Source: Camelus dromedarius (taxonomy: Eukaryota). Taken from it: 64,000 nt of DNA. The stretch is taken from contig NC_087437.1 in assembly GCF_036321535.1 (NCBI RefSeq), positions 43,712,001-43,776,000 on the forward strand. Reading direction: 5' to 3'. The notes beneath the pieces are model-generated. The model had not been told where the DNA came from. It ran no database searches and worked only from the letters and a program-made list of their open reading frames with translations. Made by a program: the position numbers and the translations under genes. Positions 1-12,556 of the stretch are shown here, piece after piece. Position 1 is the first letter of the stretch; each line of letters begins with the position of its first letter.

Positions 1-1109
1 AAGTTCCTCCTTAGCAATTTATATCTTCTCACCAAAAGCTTAGAACAGATTTAAGTTCATGGGGTTTAAGTTCACTTCTTATTTTTCTTTGTCTCTCACG
101 TTTCACTGTGAATAGTGAGCATATAAGTAGACGATCCGGGAACCTATATGCGATTTTTTAAGGATATTATTATTGTGGCATCATTGGTTCTTTACAAACA
201 CATACAGGCTCTTGATTTAAAAAAAAATAGCAAATAATATTAGAAGAATTGAGTAGAAATATAATGAACCCAAAGTAGTCCATAAGAGGCTGCTTAAAGA
301 GCATACTGGAATACTCACTAAATGATTCAAAAAAAAATAAATGGACATTAGTTAAGTCTATATTAAGTGCTATTGATAGAACATAGTACATTTTTATGCT
401 CGATCAATAATTAAGTTGATAAACTTTTATTGTATTAATAGGCAGTGTTAATTATATTTAACATTAAAATAATGCTTCACTATGTTCAGAAAAAATAAGA
501 AATATATTGGTTTAATTACTTTTAAGTCCTTATTTTTCACTGCGATAATTACATTTGTAAACCTGAATCTAACAGTTTAAAGCGTTGGCATGGTTCTGTG
601 CCTCTCCTAGGAAGCTGGTCAGAGTCTGCATGTGGCCTTACCGTCTGCAGAAGGCAAACCATCTGGATGGAAGAGAAAAGCTGACCTAAGAAAACCAGCT
701 TAGACATTCCAGAGACAGCCTTCTATATGACTGAGCTCTAGGTCTGACCCTGGACACCAGGAGGAGAGGGAGTCTAGTTGTTCATTAGGAGAGAAACCCA
801 GATTCAGGTACTGCTAATGAGCTAGTAGGAGGGAAGGTAGGTACTCTGAGGATTTCTTAAGTACACCTGCTCAAAATGGAGAGACCAAGACATGGCCAAG
901 ATGGTGCAGAACATTCACACTCCTGACCTAAGAGCTCAAATGTGGGTGTCCCATAAAAGACATCCTCCCTCCTCAGTGTCCTATTCTCCTAAGACTCTTT
1001 TCCAAATCTCCCCACAATTCCAGTGGTATCACCCTCTATCTTTTCCCCTATATCTAGAGGTCCATTCCATGCCGTATCCAACTCTGGCTCCTGGAACCCC
1101 AGCAGGGTG

Positions 1110-1600
1110 TACAGTCCAAGTCAGCCAGATCCAATCAGTAAAACAGCCCCTGACAGGTGGTTCAAAGGGACCTTAAATACAGGGAACTAGTTAAAAGGTG
1201 TTGGAAGGGATGCAAAACCAAAAAGGGTAATGAGAGAACCCTTACATCAGCAACAGTAGAAAGCTACTCTTGTCCCCCAGGCTGCAGGGATTTAAAAAAG
1301 AATATGAAATTGCTAGACCCCAGGAGTCAGGGATGCCGGATAGAAACCGAGATCACCAGGGGGTAAACTGTATGGTAAGCTGATACCAGTCAAAGAGACA
1401 CAGCCATCACCATGAACATTGCCTAAGTCAGAGTGTTAAAGGGGGAGTAAAACTCTGGACCCTTGATTTCTCTGGATTCCAATTTTCTGCCAATTCACTG
1501 TTGGCCAAATCAAATGAAAACTGTCTGGGTTAACCCCTTGTGATACAGAGCAGGAGAAATCTGGCAGTGGGTCTGAGACCAATCACTACATGACTGACAT
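1110..1600 (-). mobile_element. ERVL-class solo LTR, LTR33/LTR41-like, old
   Basis: Blocks 'cagcaacagtagaaagctact...cccaggctgcaggga' and 'acagagcagg...gtgggtctgagaccaat...gactgacata' resemble reverse-strand LTR33-family sequence; ends approximate. Confidence 0.5.
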
Positions 1601-2019
1601 AGCCCCCTTTTCACCCAGGACTGGAGAGCAGGCGGTTATCTCATATCCCTCTCTCCAGTGGTCTTGAGGAAGACATCTGGGACCTACACATCAGAATACC
1701 CTGGAGTAATATCTTTAATGAGCCTCTCTGTCTCCTTAAGTAACTGATTTTTCTCTCTCCATGCAGCAACTGAGAGTTGCTGCAGGGCTTGGCTTGCGGC
1801 AGCTGCTGAAGTCTCCCACCCAATTCTGCCAGCCAGGAACCAGGACCTAATCACAGATGTGGGATCTGCTCTCTTGCTGTAGAACTCAGCACCCTTATCC
1901 CCCGAATAACTCTGAGGTCCCTGACTCCATGTAGTGATTCACTGTAGAACTGGGGATCTTCCACAAATGGGGATCTTCCACTTCTTTCTCCAAATCATAT
2001 TGCATCTAAAGAGGATAAC

Positions 2020-2170
2020 CATTTTCAGCTGCCACAGTAAAGATACCAAATTCTCAGTCATGGTTTAACATAATAAAGGTTTAGTTCTCACTTGCACAAA
2101 GACTGATGCGGTTTAGGATTTCTTCATTTTGAAGCAAAGTTGTTTGGATAGCATGGCCTCTGAGGCAGCT
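2020..2170 (-). mobile_element. MLT1 (MaLR) LTR fragment
   Basis: 'tctcagtcatggtttaacataataaaggtttagttctcacttgcac' resembles the reverse complement of an MLT1 3' end. Confidence 0.4.
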
Positions 2171-3209
2171 CAGCAATGAGTTGCAGCTTCCAACAATCTC
2201 TGAAGAGACAGACACGGTCATTTACCAGCTTTGACAAGAGGCAAGATCAGTGATCAGTGAAGCTGCATGGTTCTTGCACCTCAGCCAGGACCAAGAATGG
2301 AATAGCAGAGCAGAGAATGAGGACTGGCAGCCCAGATTCACTTGTGCCAAGAATCAGAATCATGGTCCAAACCGTGGTCATGTCATCCTAAATCTCTTGT
2401 TGAAATTGATGATTGTCCCCACTAATGCATATGTCAGGAGCACGTCAAGTACTTATCCTATCACTCACCCACCACCCAAGCTTCTCAGTGGTCCAGAGCC
2501 CACTCTGGCTACCACCCATGACTTATACTTCCTTTTAGGGATCAAGGCTGAGGCCATTTGAAAGTACACTGATACAACTTTAACAACACAGTGAAGTATC
2601 TCCAAGATCCCCCTTCTTCCTAGGGGACCTGGTGTTTTTGTTCAACAAACGACAATAAAATAAAAACATAAACAACCAGAATGGTGAGCTCCTTCCCCAT
2701 TATAATCATAAAATATGAAGTAACTCTCTGCATTCCTCTACCCACAATGATCTCTGACGTCTTGAACAAGAACCAGTAGTTAGTAAATTAGTTTTATAGG
2801 AGGACCTACAACCTATCCATGAAGCTGAGGGATCGACGATGACTTTTAAGATGTCAGTAAAAGCATCTAGTGACTTTATTTGATCTGGGAAGTGGTCTAA
2901 GTCGGTAATCCTTCTTGAATGAATTATCTTGTATTGCTTCTTAAGAAGGACTGAATTGAGCAGCCATAGAGAATGTGGTCCCCTCTCCTGACACTCAGGT
3001 TCCCTGTACTCCATCTTTGACCTGCTCCCCGACGTGGCTGTCACCCTCTTCCTGGGGTGATTCTATTCTTCTTTGAGATGGTACACTTTTCCCCTTATAC
3101 ACGTAGATAAAACTGTTCTAGCATATTTATCAATGGGTTTTCTGATTCCATGAAGCATTTGGCAGTCTGATCCCCCAGTTTGCCTGTTTGATTTTTTTCT
3201 TTTAAAGTC

Positions 3210-3610
3210 AGTGTTTAATTTTTGTCAAAGTATTGCACTCATAGCTTAAAGACTCAAGTAGTACTAAAAGTCGTAAAATGAAAAAAAGCAGTCAGCCACT
3301 ATGACCGGATTCTTAGCTCCGGAGACAATCAATTTCAACTCTTTTTGACTATTTTATGTGGGTCTTACCGTCATATTTATAAATATACTTGTAGTGTTTC
3401 TTTTCACTCTCCAGCTTTTATTTTCAAATTTTCAAAGCCACAGAAGCTTTGAAAGAGTGGTCCCTTTCACTGAGATTCACCAGTTGTTAACATTTTGCCA
3501 CATTTGTTTTATCCACCTCCCTCTTCTGACTGAAATATTTGGCTGTAAGTTGCCTATAGTACGACACTTTACAACCAAATATGGAAGCACATACCCTCTA
3601 TAATCAGGGT
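3210..3610 (-). mobile_element. Old L1 3' UTR fragments (L1ME/L1MC4-like)
   Basis: 'gattcaccagttgttaacattttgccacatttg...gtaagttgcc' is characteristic of antisense L1MC4-type 3' UTR. Confidence 0.55.
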
Positions 3611-5542
3611 ATTTTTGTTCCAAATGTCTCTGACTTTTGATGACACTGTTTTAGGAACCCACAGACTATGTGAGCAAATCCCCAGCTCAGAAATCAAACT
3701 GGCGCCTTAGTAGGGCAAGTCTTTTGATCACTAGAGAATTTTTATTCCTATACTTCCACTAGCACGTACCTGCGTTTACTTAACACCATAGAATTTGGAT
3801 ATAGCTCCAGCATTCCTCTACCTATACTGTTTTCTTCCATTGAAATTGAGTTTCATTTCCATTGCTTTTCTTCAACCTTCAGTGCCACATCGACTTGTTA
3901 CATCTGCTAACAGCTTCCAGCCGACTTGTACAACCAGTGACCAAGGAGGAACTCAAATATACTTGCAACTGTACAAAAATGACATTAAGCGGCACCAGGC
4001 TTTGGTGTGAAAATGTTCTTTAGACCTTCTTGCAACATCTATACTTACCTTTATCCTAAAAGCATAAGAAACTGAACATGATGGAAGTTATCAGCCTCTA
4101 TCTTAATAACTCAATTCATCTTCCTCCCCAGGCATATTCTTACCATTGCTCATACATATATGTAGACCTCCGTCTCAAGAGCCCCCTTGAATGATGCAAG
4201 AACGATGAGAAGCCACCAAATATTACACAGAAGGTGGTGCTCGTTTGCAATCTGGTATTCCTAGGGCACCAGTAGTCAGAGTCCTTCTATTTCCACAATT
4301 TGGAACACATTTTAGAGGTTGAAAATATTCCACAAAGAAATCTGACTTCTGCTGCATCTGGGAAAGGGTGTGAGGAAGAAGCTTATGAGCTGTCCTGGGA
4401 ACCCTGAGCTGCTCCTTCCTAGGGCAGAGGTCCTGGGGCCTCCTCAATCCTCCTTCCTCTACATCTTCAGGAAACAGGGCAAGGGGAGCTACAGAAACAG
4501 GATCCCAGCCGTCTGAAATACAGCCTCACTGAAGGCATGAAGCAGTGACTTATCTGGACCTGATCTGAGGTCAGAGAAAAGACCAAGAAGAACAAAAGAT
4601 GGGATGTGTACCACTGGGATGTTTAGGAAAATAAGTTGAAAACGTAGGTTTCCAGGGTGAGGTCTCTTTCATTTGGAGTCCAGCATGGGCAGCCAAGACA
4701 AGGGCAAATGCTGCTTTATGAGCCTGAAAGCTGATCTTTGATTTTCATTTTTCTTTTGTAATTTTTGGTGACTGTGCATCTCCTCTGGTCAGACCTCCCC
4801 TTTTGGACAGTAGAGATCCAAATCCCTTATAAGGATGCTTGCTGAGAGTGTTTTTCAATGTCTGTTTAACTTCCTTGAACAGGTAAAACTTTTGTCTTTC
4901 TAGTAAGAACCTCTGCTTACTTACAACTTACAGCAATCATTAGCTTTTCCGCACAATGATCCAAGAATACTCCAAGAATTTTGGCCAAAGGTTTTAAGCT
5001 TGGCTTTTAAGTCCCCCCACTCATCTTTTATCTGTCTGCCTCTTTCTCATGGGCAGAGTCTGAAAGAAGTAGAGCATAGCAAGCATTTCTCTACCAGATG
5101 AATGATTTTCTAACTTTGCTTTAACCAATAAGAAGAATGCCTTTTTGTGTTTAGCCAGGTTATTTTTTCCCAAGAGAAACCAAATTTCTCTCTCCCTTCC
5201 TGAAGAGTACTTCAGTTGTGCAGTTTATAAAATTAAATATTTAATATTTCCCATAGCAAAAAGTATAGACAGGACCTAAAGCAAACAGCTCCTAAAAGAA
5301 GTGATAAAACTTCGACTTATGTAAGAGTACAACATATAGGTTTCACTTCCATGAAACTTAAAAATCATTTAAGCAGAGAACGAATGTAAACTCATCACAA
5401 GGGGAAATGGCAAATAATGTTACACTGATGAGTTCTAAATACTTACAATGGACATAGAGGAAAAACTTCGAATGTAGACTTCAGGTGAAATACTTTACTT
5501 TTAACTTCACTGAATTACTTTGAAACTCTAGTATGAATTTCC

Positions 5543-5680
5543 AGTCATGTTTCTCCAAGTGTGCTCTTCAGATCAACTGTATCAAACTTTCCAGCCTGTG
5601 TGTTTAAAATGAACATTCTTGAGCTCTGTCCCCAATGCCTTCCTGACGATGCTCACCCACTAATATTTGAGAATTACTAT
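5543..5680. mobile_element. MER5-type hAT-Charlie DNA transposon relic
   Basis: Termini 'tttctccaagtgtgctc' and 'tttgagaattact'; internal 'tgtttaaaatgaacattcttgagc'. Confidence 0.55.
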
Positions 5681-5779
5681 GAAGGAGAAGAAAAAGTGGA
5701 GTCATTATTCAAGAGAAGGGATTTACAAACATAAAACATCAATGGTAACTATGAAAATGACAATAAGCATCCATGTCTT

Positions 5780-5930
5780 TGGAGATGAGTGCTAAAATGT
5801 TCTTTGCTAATGAAATGATGAGGTGTTCAGTACCATTAATCCTGAGATGCTCATTTTTGAAACTGGGTGATGAAAACATGGAGTCATTATTATTTTACTT
5901 TTGTATATATTTTAAATTTCCCACATTACA
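5780..5930 (+). mobile_element. Old L1 (L1MC-like) extreme 3' end
   Basis: 'ttgaaactgggtgatgaaaacatggagtcattatt...acttttgtatatattttaaatttccc'. Confidence 0.5.
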
Positions 5931-7089
5931 GAGTCTTTTAACATGTTGTTATGCACTGTTCCCAAAATAAGGAAGAGACTGTGGCCATAGGGTGATTTAT
6001 CTTTTTTTTTTTCCACATGATGAACTAAAAAAGATTAATCCCACGTGCTCTGGTATTTAATCTAATTTCAACTGAGCTGTATCTGATTAAAAACACACAA
6101 ATTTGTGTTCGAAAGTCTTTTCCTCTTTTGAAAACAATGTTCTAGATTAAAATAGTCATTTAAAATTGTATTTTTTTACTTTCTTGACATTTCTCATTGT
6201 GTTTCTAGTTATTAATTATAACTAGAAAGTGACATCACCTTTTATTTTTCTGACCTTTTTCTTTCCCACATGACCCTGTCTCTCTTGAAAAATAAAACTC
6301 TTATTTTGGAAAAGCAACTTTAATATCTGGGATCAGCGGAAAGGGTCATGTCTCATTTATTAATGTGTTGGAGTCTTTGTCCCGTTAGTCTTTTTTGATC
6401 TGAAGAAAAATAACTTCATTTTTTTCTACTAGCCTCAAATACTCAGAGGCATTGAACTCTTAGCCTTTCTATGCCCTGCAGCTGCTTTTTAAAGGGCTAA
6501 ACTCTTCTTAGATTGGTTTGTACAAGTAAAACAATTTGAAGTACATCTATAAGTTTTATGAGATCAATAGACTAGTCTACACAGGAGATGGCAGAATGGT
6601 GCTAAGAGTTGTCCAAGCCACAACTTTCTTTCAAGCAACTCAACACTCTTCATAGACTTCTGCAAGACTGAGCCAGTCAATACATCCCAGCTTCTGCCAG
6701 TCACACTGCTGTGTAGAGAAATGGCAGCTGATGAGCTGAATCAAAGTCAAGGCTGGAGCAGTCTACAGCTATGAGTATAGAAACAGCCCATGACCTACAA
6801 AAAAAAAAAGCTTTATTATGAAACTGTGTTTTGACTTTTACATCCAGGGACATTTTTAAAGGAGCAGGGAGATTAAAAAGAAGAAATCAAGAGGAAAAGA
6901 GCTTAAATGGTAGAAAATATTGTTTGAAAATTAACTTCTGGCCAACATAGACGTTGCTAAGCTGTTTGAGGGGAACACACTTTGCATCTCATGCTATCAG
7001 TGGAGCATGTTGACTGCGCTTGGTCCGTACTAAGTAGTGATGACCTGGGCTTCTGAACACGCTGATCATTTCTAAACAAAACTATATTG

Positions 7090-7390
7090 TCTTCATAAAC
7101 AAGCAGGACTAAATTCTATTGTTCAGGAGTGCAATCTTTGAAGTTAAATTTATAAAACAAAACAAAGAAGTGCTTATTAGAGAAGCTGGATCAGTGGTTA
7201 CGTCTAAGGAGGGATGGAGGGTGAAATTTGCAGAGGGACACACGGAGGCCTTCAGAGGTGCTGGCAACATTCTCCTACTTGAACTGAGAGGTGGCTACAC
7301 AGGTATTAGTGTTTACAATAATTCATTAAGCTATATATTAATGTTTTATACCTTTGAAAATGTATATTGTATTTTACAATTTTTTTAAAT
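7090..7390 (+). mobile_element. L1ME 3' end
   Basis: 'gggacacacggaggccttcagaggtgctggcaacattctcctacttgaactgagaggtggctacacagg...aattcattaagct'; explains ORF 7119-7388. Confidence 0.7.
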
Positions 7391-9309
7391 GTTTAAATTA
7401 AACAACTACCCAACAGAGTGTGATTTATACACCTGGTTTGCTAACCATGGTTCTGACCAATCTGGAACAGTAACCAGACCAGAATTTTCAATAGAAATTC
7501 CCATTGCTTAAGAATATTATAAAGAGAGAAATATTCTGTATTAATGTATGCATGTATGTAAACACATTTTTTTTGTACATGGTTTTATTTCTTCACTAAA
7601 GATGTACTTGAAGTTACATTTCTGCCATCTGGTTAAATCTCGAGGAGCCCAATTTCAGCTAACATTTCAGACTGAACTCTTCTGGTTTGAGAAACATTGG
7701 CCTCTAAATCTTCTCTTGGCTTTATCTTCTTTCACAATAGGATCTTACATTTCCTAATTCACTCCTCTAGGCTGTCTTTTATAAGGTCTTCCAGTCAGAT
7801 CACCAAGGACACTTGGTGCTCGTCCACTAAACATGAAGGAATACTACTTGTGGATGTTTCTCCAATCCAGAGTAACCAGAGCGTACACTAAAGTTTAAGT
7901 GCTTGTGTGGGACTACACCGCTAGGGGTACGTTTTTGATGCCAACAGTAGTATATCATATCACAACCTAAGATAAATCCTATTTGAATATATAATCCGCT
8001 CAGTACTAGGCTGTAACCCTTGCTAATAATCAATATCCATAAGGTCAATTCAATAGAATTATAAGAACTCTGAGCACTCTTAAACCTGAGCACAGACGCC
8101 ATCAGGGAAGAGTTATCCCACCAATTGCAAAAAGACGAAAGCAGGAGAGAAAAAAAAATCGGTGTTTTCTAAAGAATGTTACGTGTGTAGTTGCAGTAGG
8201 AGGTTACTAAACCGAAACAGAAGAAGACACGTGTTAGCATGGAGATGGATTAAACTCAGTGAACCAAGTAACCACTTAGCTACTGCTCACCACCTTAGTA
8301 TCTCCCAAGCATCTAAGTCAAGTCGTCTCCAAGCTTCCCACACCCTCCTCAGTCTAATCTTCCCACATCCAGCCCCCTCTCACTTAGTAAACTTCTCTCA
8401 AGTTTGTCCAATTCTATGCCCAGGACTTTTTAAGCCTCTAACTCTTAATATTGTACAGTGTTCTTTCATTCAGAGCTGTTTCTGGACTGAAAAATAAGAC
8501 CCTTCTGGAGTCTAGATTCAATTCACCCAAAGAAACAGTAAAAATGTGGGGATTCTAAGGTATGGAGTGTGTCCAGGCAAAGGTGTAGGTGGTCACCGCT
8601 CTAGCGCCATTATGGAAGTCCTGCCTGCTCTGTGCGTGTGGCTGTGTGGGCTGGCCACGGAGCCAAACCTTGGCACAAGAGAGCCTAGAATTCTTGGAAT
8701 CCAGACATCCAAGAAGTAGCCATAGAAACCCAAGCCAATTTAAATATTTGAAAAATCCTCTTTTCCCAATGTAAAACCACAGCAAATTATTGTAAACTGT
8801 TTACTTGGAAGACAAAATATTTGTCTGAAGTCAGTGGAGAGACAACTTATAAGAAGGGCCCTTGGTGGTGTGAGCTTGGCAACTACTGCTCCAAGGAACA
8901 GAGATTTAGGCTGTTTATATTCTACACAGAATCTAACATGTACAAGAACTCTATAAATATTAAACAACTACCATTCAGAAGTGACATTGTGGTGAGTAGC
9001 TGATACTCTGAAAGCAATTAACAAGGATTCCAAAAAGAAATTGTTGTTCTTATGCCATTACAGAATACTACCGCAAGTAGACTCTGTATGAGATCAGTTG
9101 AAGCATTCTAACACTCATCTGTCACAAGCTGTACAAAATCTGGAAGAAACTGATTTGCATCAATTACTTCAGTGCTGGCAATGAAGTTTGTTTACACATG
9201 GATGTACTTGTTTACTGTTGTCAGGGATTGGTTGGTTTGTTCCAGGAAGTAGGGTACTTTTGCTTTTCTTCTCAAGGCTGAATGAGATGTTTCATAACAC
9301 ATGCACTGA

Positions 9310-9515
9310 ACAGATATGTTCCTAGCAGTTGCCTGTAAAACAAGCCCTTGGACGACAAGAGTTCAACTGGCATCTCTGCCACCCCTTTGAGATGAGTGAT
9401 GTCGGGGATGTTGCTTAATTTCTCTGAACCCCTGACCCATGAAGATAACAGTATGGAGTTGAAGATCACAATACATATGAAAAACATACATGTGAAAGCA
9501 TTTTGTAAACCGTAA
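9310..9515 (+). mobile_element. MIR SINE, degraded
   Basis: Core-like 'ttgcttaatttctctgaacc'; 3' 'catgtgaaagcattttgtaaaccgtaa'. Confidence 0.5.
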
Positions 9516-10624
9516 GGGCAAAATTTTGTAAAGGACCAAAAAAAAAAATTATTTCATATGACTTCACATTTCCTTTTCTAAGCTCTTCCAATCAAACTAC
9601 CAAGGCCCCTTGGTGCTCTTGTTTTGGTGCTCTATAGAATCATTATTTCCCCCCCTGAACTTCTGTTCTATTATTAGATATGCTATTATTCTGGTCAGGT
9701 TCAAGAGAGAGTTATCAGCATGGTTTGTCACCAAAACTGCTTGTGCCAATTACATCAAACAAATCTTAAATTCCTTGAATGTAGTTGGGAATTTCTACTT
9801 GTGATTAGTAGAAATAAAGACTTGCCAAATTAGACATGTAAAAATTAAACATAAGGCAAAAAATATATAGGTAGAAACAAAAGCCTTTCATATAAATAAA
9901 TTTATGATCGTATTAGTATATAAATACTTGATGAAATATGCAAAAACTTAAAAATTTAACATTAAAGCAAATTATCTTTGAAATCTGTTTCATTCAAAAA
10001 ACAATACCACATATTGGTTTTACAAATTTAAAAGTGCTTTGATTGCTGTAGGCTGAGCAGTATGCAGTGAGCAACTGATACATATAAATTTTCTAGACTT
10101 CCTCCCTTTATCTTTTCCTCTGGCTCACTGTCTGCTCCTAAACTTATTCTAAAAATGTTCTAGTCTTTTATTTCACTGAGAGAAACAACAAAACAACAAT
10201 ATACCATTCAGAGAATTAAAGGGTCAGCTACCTGCATTATTTGAACAGAGGCTTATACTCAAATGCACTGTTTCTCTAGAGCACTAAAATTACTAAAATC
10301 CATATTGCCCTTGAAGAAGAAAATAAAATAAAGCAGTTGCAAATAGGTTGAAAACTGACAATTCCTGTGTTAGCTGCTCCAGGGATATGGTAGGAAATTG
10401 ACTTTTGTAATGAAGTGTTATTCGTGCCCTTCAGACACGGATTACTTGTTGTGCCTCCTGGGGTTAAGACATGGATGCCACTTTCTCCTTTCAAAACCTT
10501 GTGCTTCTTAAAATCGTGCAAGCTTTCTAAACTTAACATTTATAGCATACAGTTTTCCTGGTGCATATGCTTACTGGTTGGGGATGTTAGGACACAGCTG
10601 ACCCCATAAATATTTGAATCTATT

Positions 10625-10830
10625 AATTTATTCACTGATTCAGCAAATATTTACTTACACCCATAAACCACTAAAACACTGAGCTAGGCACTGTGAAGAC
10701 TAGATGAGAATGTGCCTTTCATGTACTCACATTTCAGGGTGCTGCGTGCAATTGTATAAACAACTATTAGAATGGAATGTAATATGTATAATTATAGAGA
10801 TGAGCATGGGATCCTGCAGAGAAGAAAGGA
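10625..10830 (-). mobile_element. L2 3' end
   Basis: 'attcagcaaatatttact...gctaggcactgtg' is the antisense L2 tail. Confidence 0.55.
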
Positions 10831-10912
10831 GTTGTTAAAGGCCCCGCAGGCATAGAGATTAAAAAAAAATTGTCATGAAAGCCATATACATGCTAAAACA
10901 TTTATTTAAAAA

Positions 10913-11595
10913 TCTATCGCAAATACATGGAAATTAAACAACATACCCTTAAACAACCAATGGATTAAAAAAAATCAAAAGAGAAATTAGAAAATACCTT
11001 AAGGCAAATAAAAGTAAAAATCATACGTACCAAAACCTATGGAATGCAGCAACAGAAGTATGAAGAGGGAAGTTTATAGCAGTAAATATCTACCTTAAAA
11101 AAGATGAAAGGAAAAATAAATTTAAAAAAATTTTTTAAATAAAAAAGAAGAAAGATCTTAAATACAGAATCTAACTTTATACCTCAAGGAACTAGAAAAA
11201 GAACAGACTAAGCCTCATGTTAACAGAAGGGAGGAAATAATAAAAATCAGAACAGAAATAAATGAAATAGAAAATAGAAAAGCAATAGAAAAAGACCAAT
11301 AAAACTAAGAGTTGAGGTTTTGAAAAGATAAACAAAATCAACAAACTTTTACCTAGGCTGACTAAGGAAAAAGAAGACTCAAGTAAATAAAGTCAGAAAT
11401 GAAAGAGGAGACATCACAGCTGATGCCACAGAAATAAAAAGAGTCATAAAAGACAATTATGAACAACACCACCATCAACAAACAGATAAGAAAGAAGCAA
11501 TGCATAAATTCCTAAAAACACATTCTACCAAGACTGAATCATGAAGAAACAGAAAGGCTGAACGGATCTATAAATGGTATGGATATTGAATTAGT
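10913..11595 (+). mobile_element. L1 ORF2 fragment, region downstream of the endonuclease domain, frameshifted
   Basis: Translates NTWKLNNIPLNNQW...YQNLWNAA...RGKFIAVN...LPRLNHEETERLN, colinear with L1 ORF2p. Confidence 0.95.
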
Positions 11596-11828
11596 ATGGA
11601 CAGAACCACCAGACGGAAGATAAGTAAGGAAATAGAGGACTTAACACAATAAACCAACTGGATCTAGCAGAATACAGAACACTCTGTCCAACAACAGCAA
11701 AAACCTTCTTCTCAAACACACATAGGATGTTTTCCAAGATAGATTATATGTTAGGCCACAAGTTCTCAATAGATTTGAAAATACATCATACAAAACATCT
11801 TCTCCAATCACAATTAGGTGAAGTTAAA
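11596..11828 (+). mobile_element. L1 ORF2 endonuclease-domain fragment, out of normal order
   Basis: Translates MDRTTRRKISKEIEDL...FFSNTHRMFSKIDYMLGHK...NIFSNHN*VKL, the C-terminal part of the L1 APE endonuclease. Confidence 0.9.
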
Positions 11829-12360
11829 AAAGAAATTATCTATCAAGTCATGAAAGGACATGGAGAAAATTTAAATGCCTACTGTTAATGAGAGAAGCCA
11901 GTCTAAAAAGGCTACATGTTGGATGATTCCAACTACATGACATTCTGAAAAAGAGAAAACCAAAGAGACAGTAGAAAGATCGGTGGTTTCCAGGGGTTAG
12001 GGGAAGAAAGGAATGAATAGATGGGACACGGGATTTTTGTGGCAGAGAAACTATTCTCCCTTATGGCAGATGACACTGTAAATGATGGGCACATGACATT
12101 ATGCATTTGTTGAAACTATGGTCTACAGACTATACAACACAAAGAGTATACCTTACTGTAACTGTGGACTTTACTTAATAATAATGTATCAGTATTCGTT
12201 CATCAGTGTGACAAATGGACCACACCAATGCAAGATCTTCAAAATAGGGGAAAGCTGGGAGGAGGGGAGGCGTGAAAAACTCCCTGCACTTTCTGGGGAA
12301 CTTTTTGTAAACCTAAAACTACTCTAAAAAATAAAATCTATTTTAAAAAGAAAGAAAGAA
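11829..12360 (+). mobile_element. L1MC-type 3' UTR with A-rich tail
   Basis: 'ctatcaagtcatgaaaggacatgg...aaggctacatg...gattccaact...gtaaacctaaaactactctaaaaaataaa'. Confidence 0.85.
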
Positions 12361-12364
12361 AATG

Positions 12365-12556
12365 GGTAACTTTAATTTTAATACTATACTCAATATAAAA
12401 GCTCCTAAATGTTATTTTAACATGTAATCAATATTTTGAATGTATCAAGAAAAATGTGATACTTTTGTTCATATAAATATTTGTGATCCATTGGCCACAT
12501 TTCAAAAGCTTATTAGCCATATATCTGGCTAATAGCTACCATAATCGACAGTGCAG
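12365..12556. mobile_element. MER33/MER3-type hAT relic; left part probably at about 10865-10910, split by the L1
   Basis: Terminal 'gccacatttcaaaagc...tggctaatagctaccataatcgacagtgcag'. Confidence 0.65.

Noticed and set aside
2706..3044. 112-aa minus-strand ORF, and possible ERVL internal sequence at about 1600-3050
   Set aside because: GTG start and only vague resemblance to ERVL gag motifs; I could not find colinear motifs.
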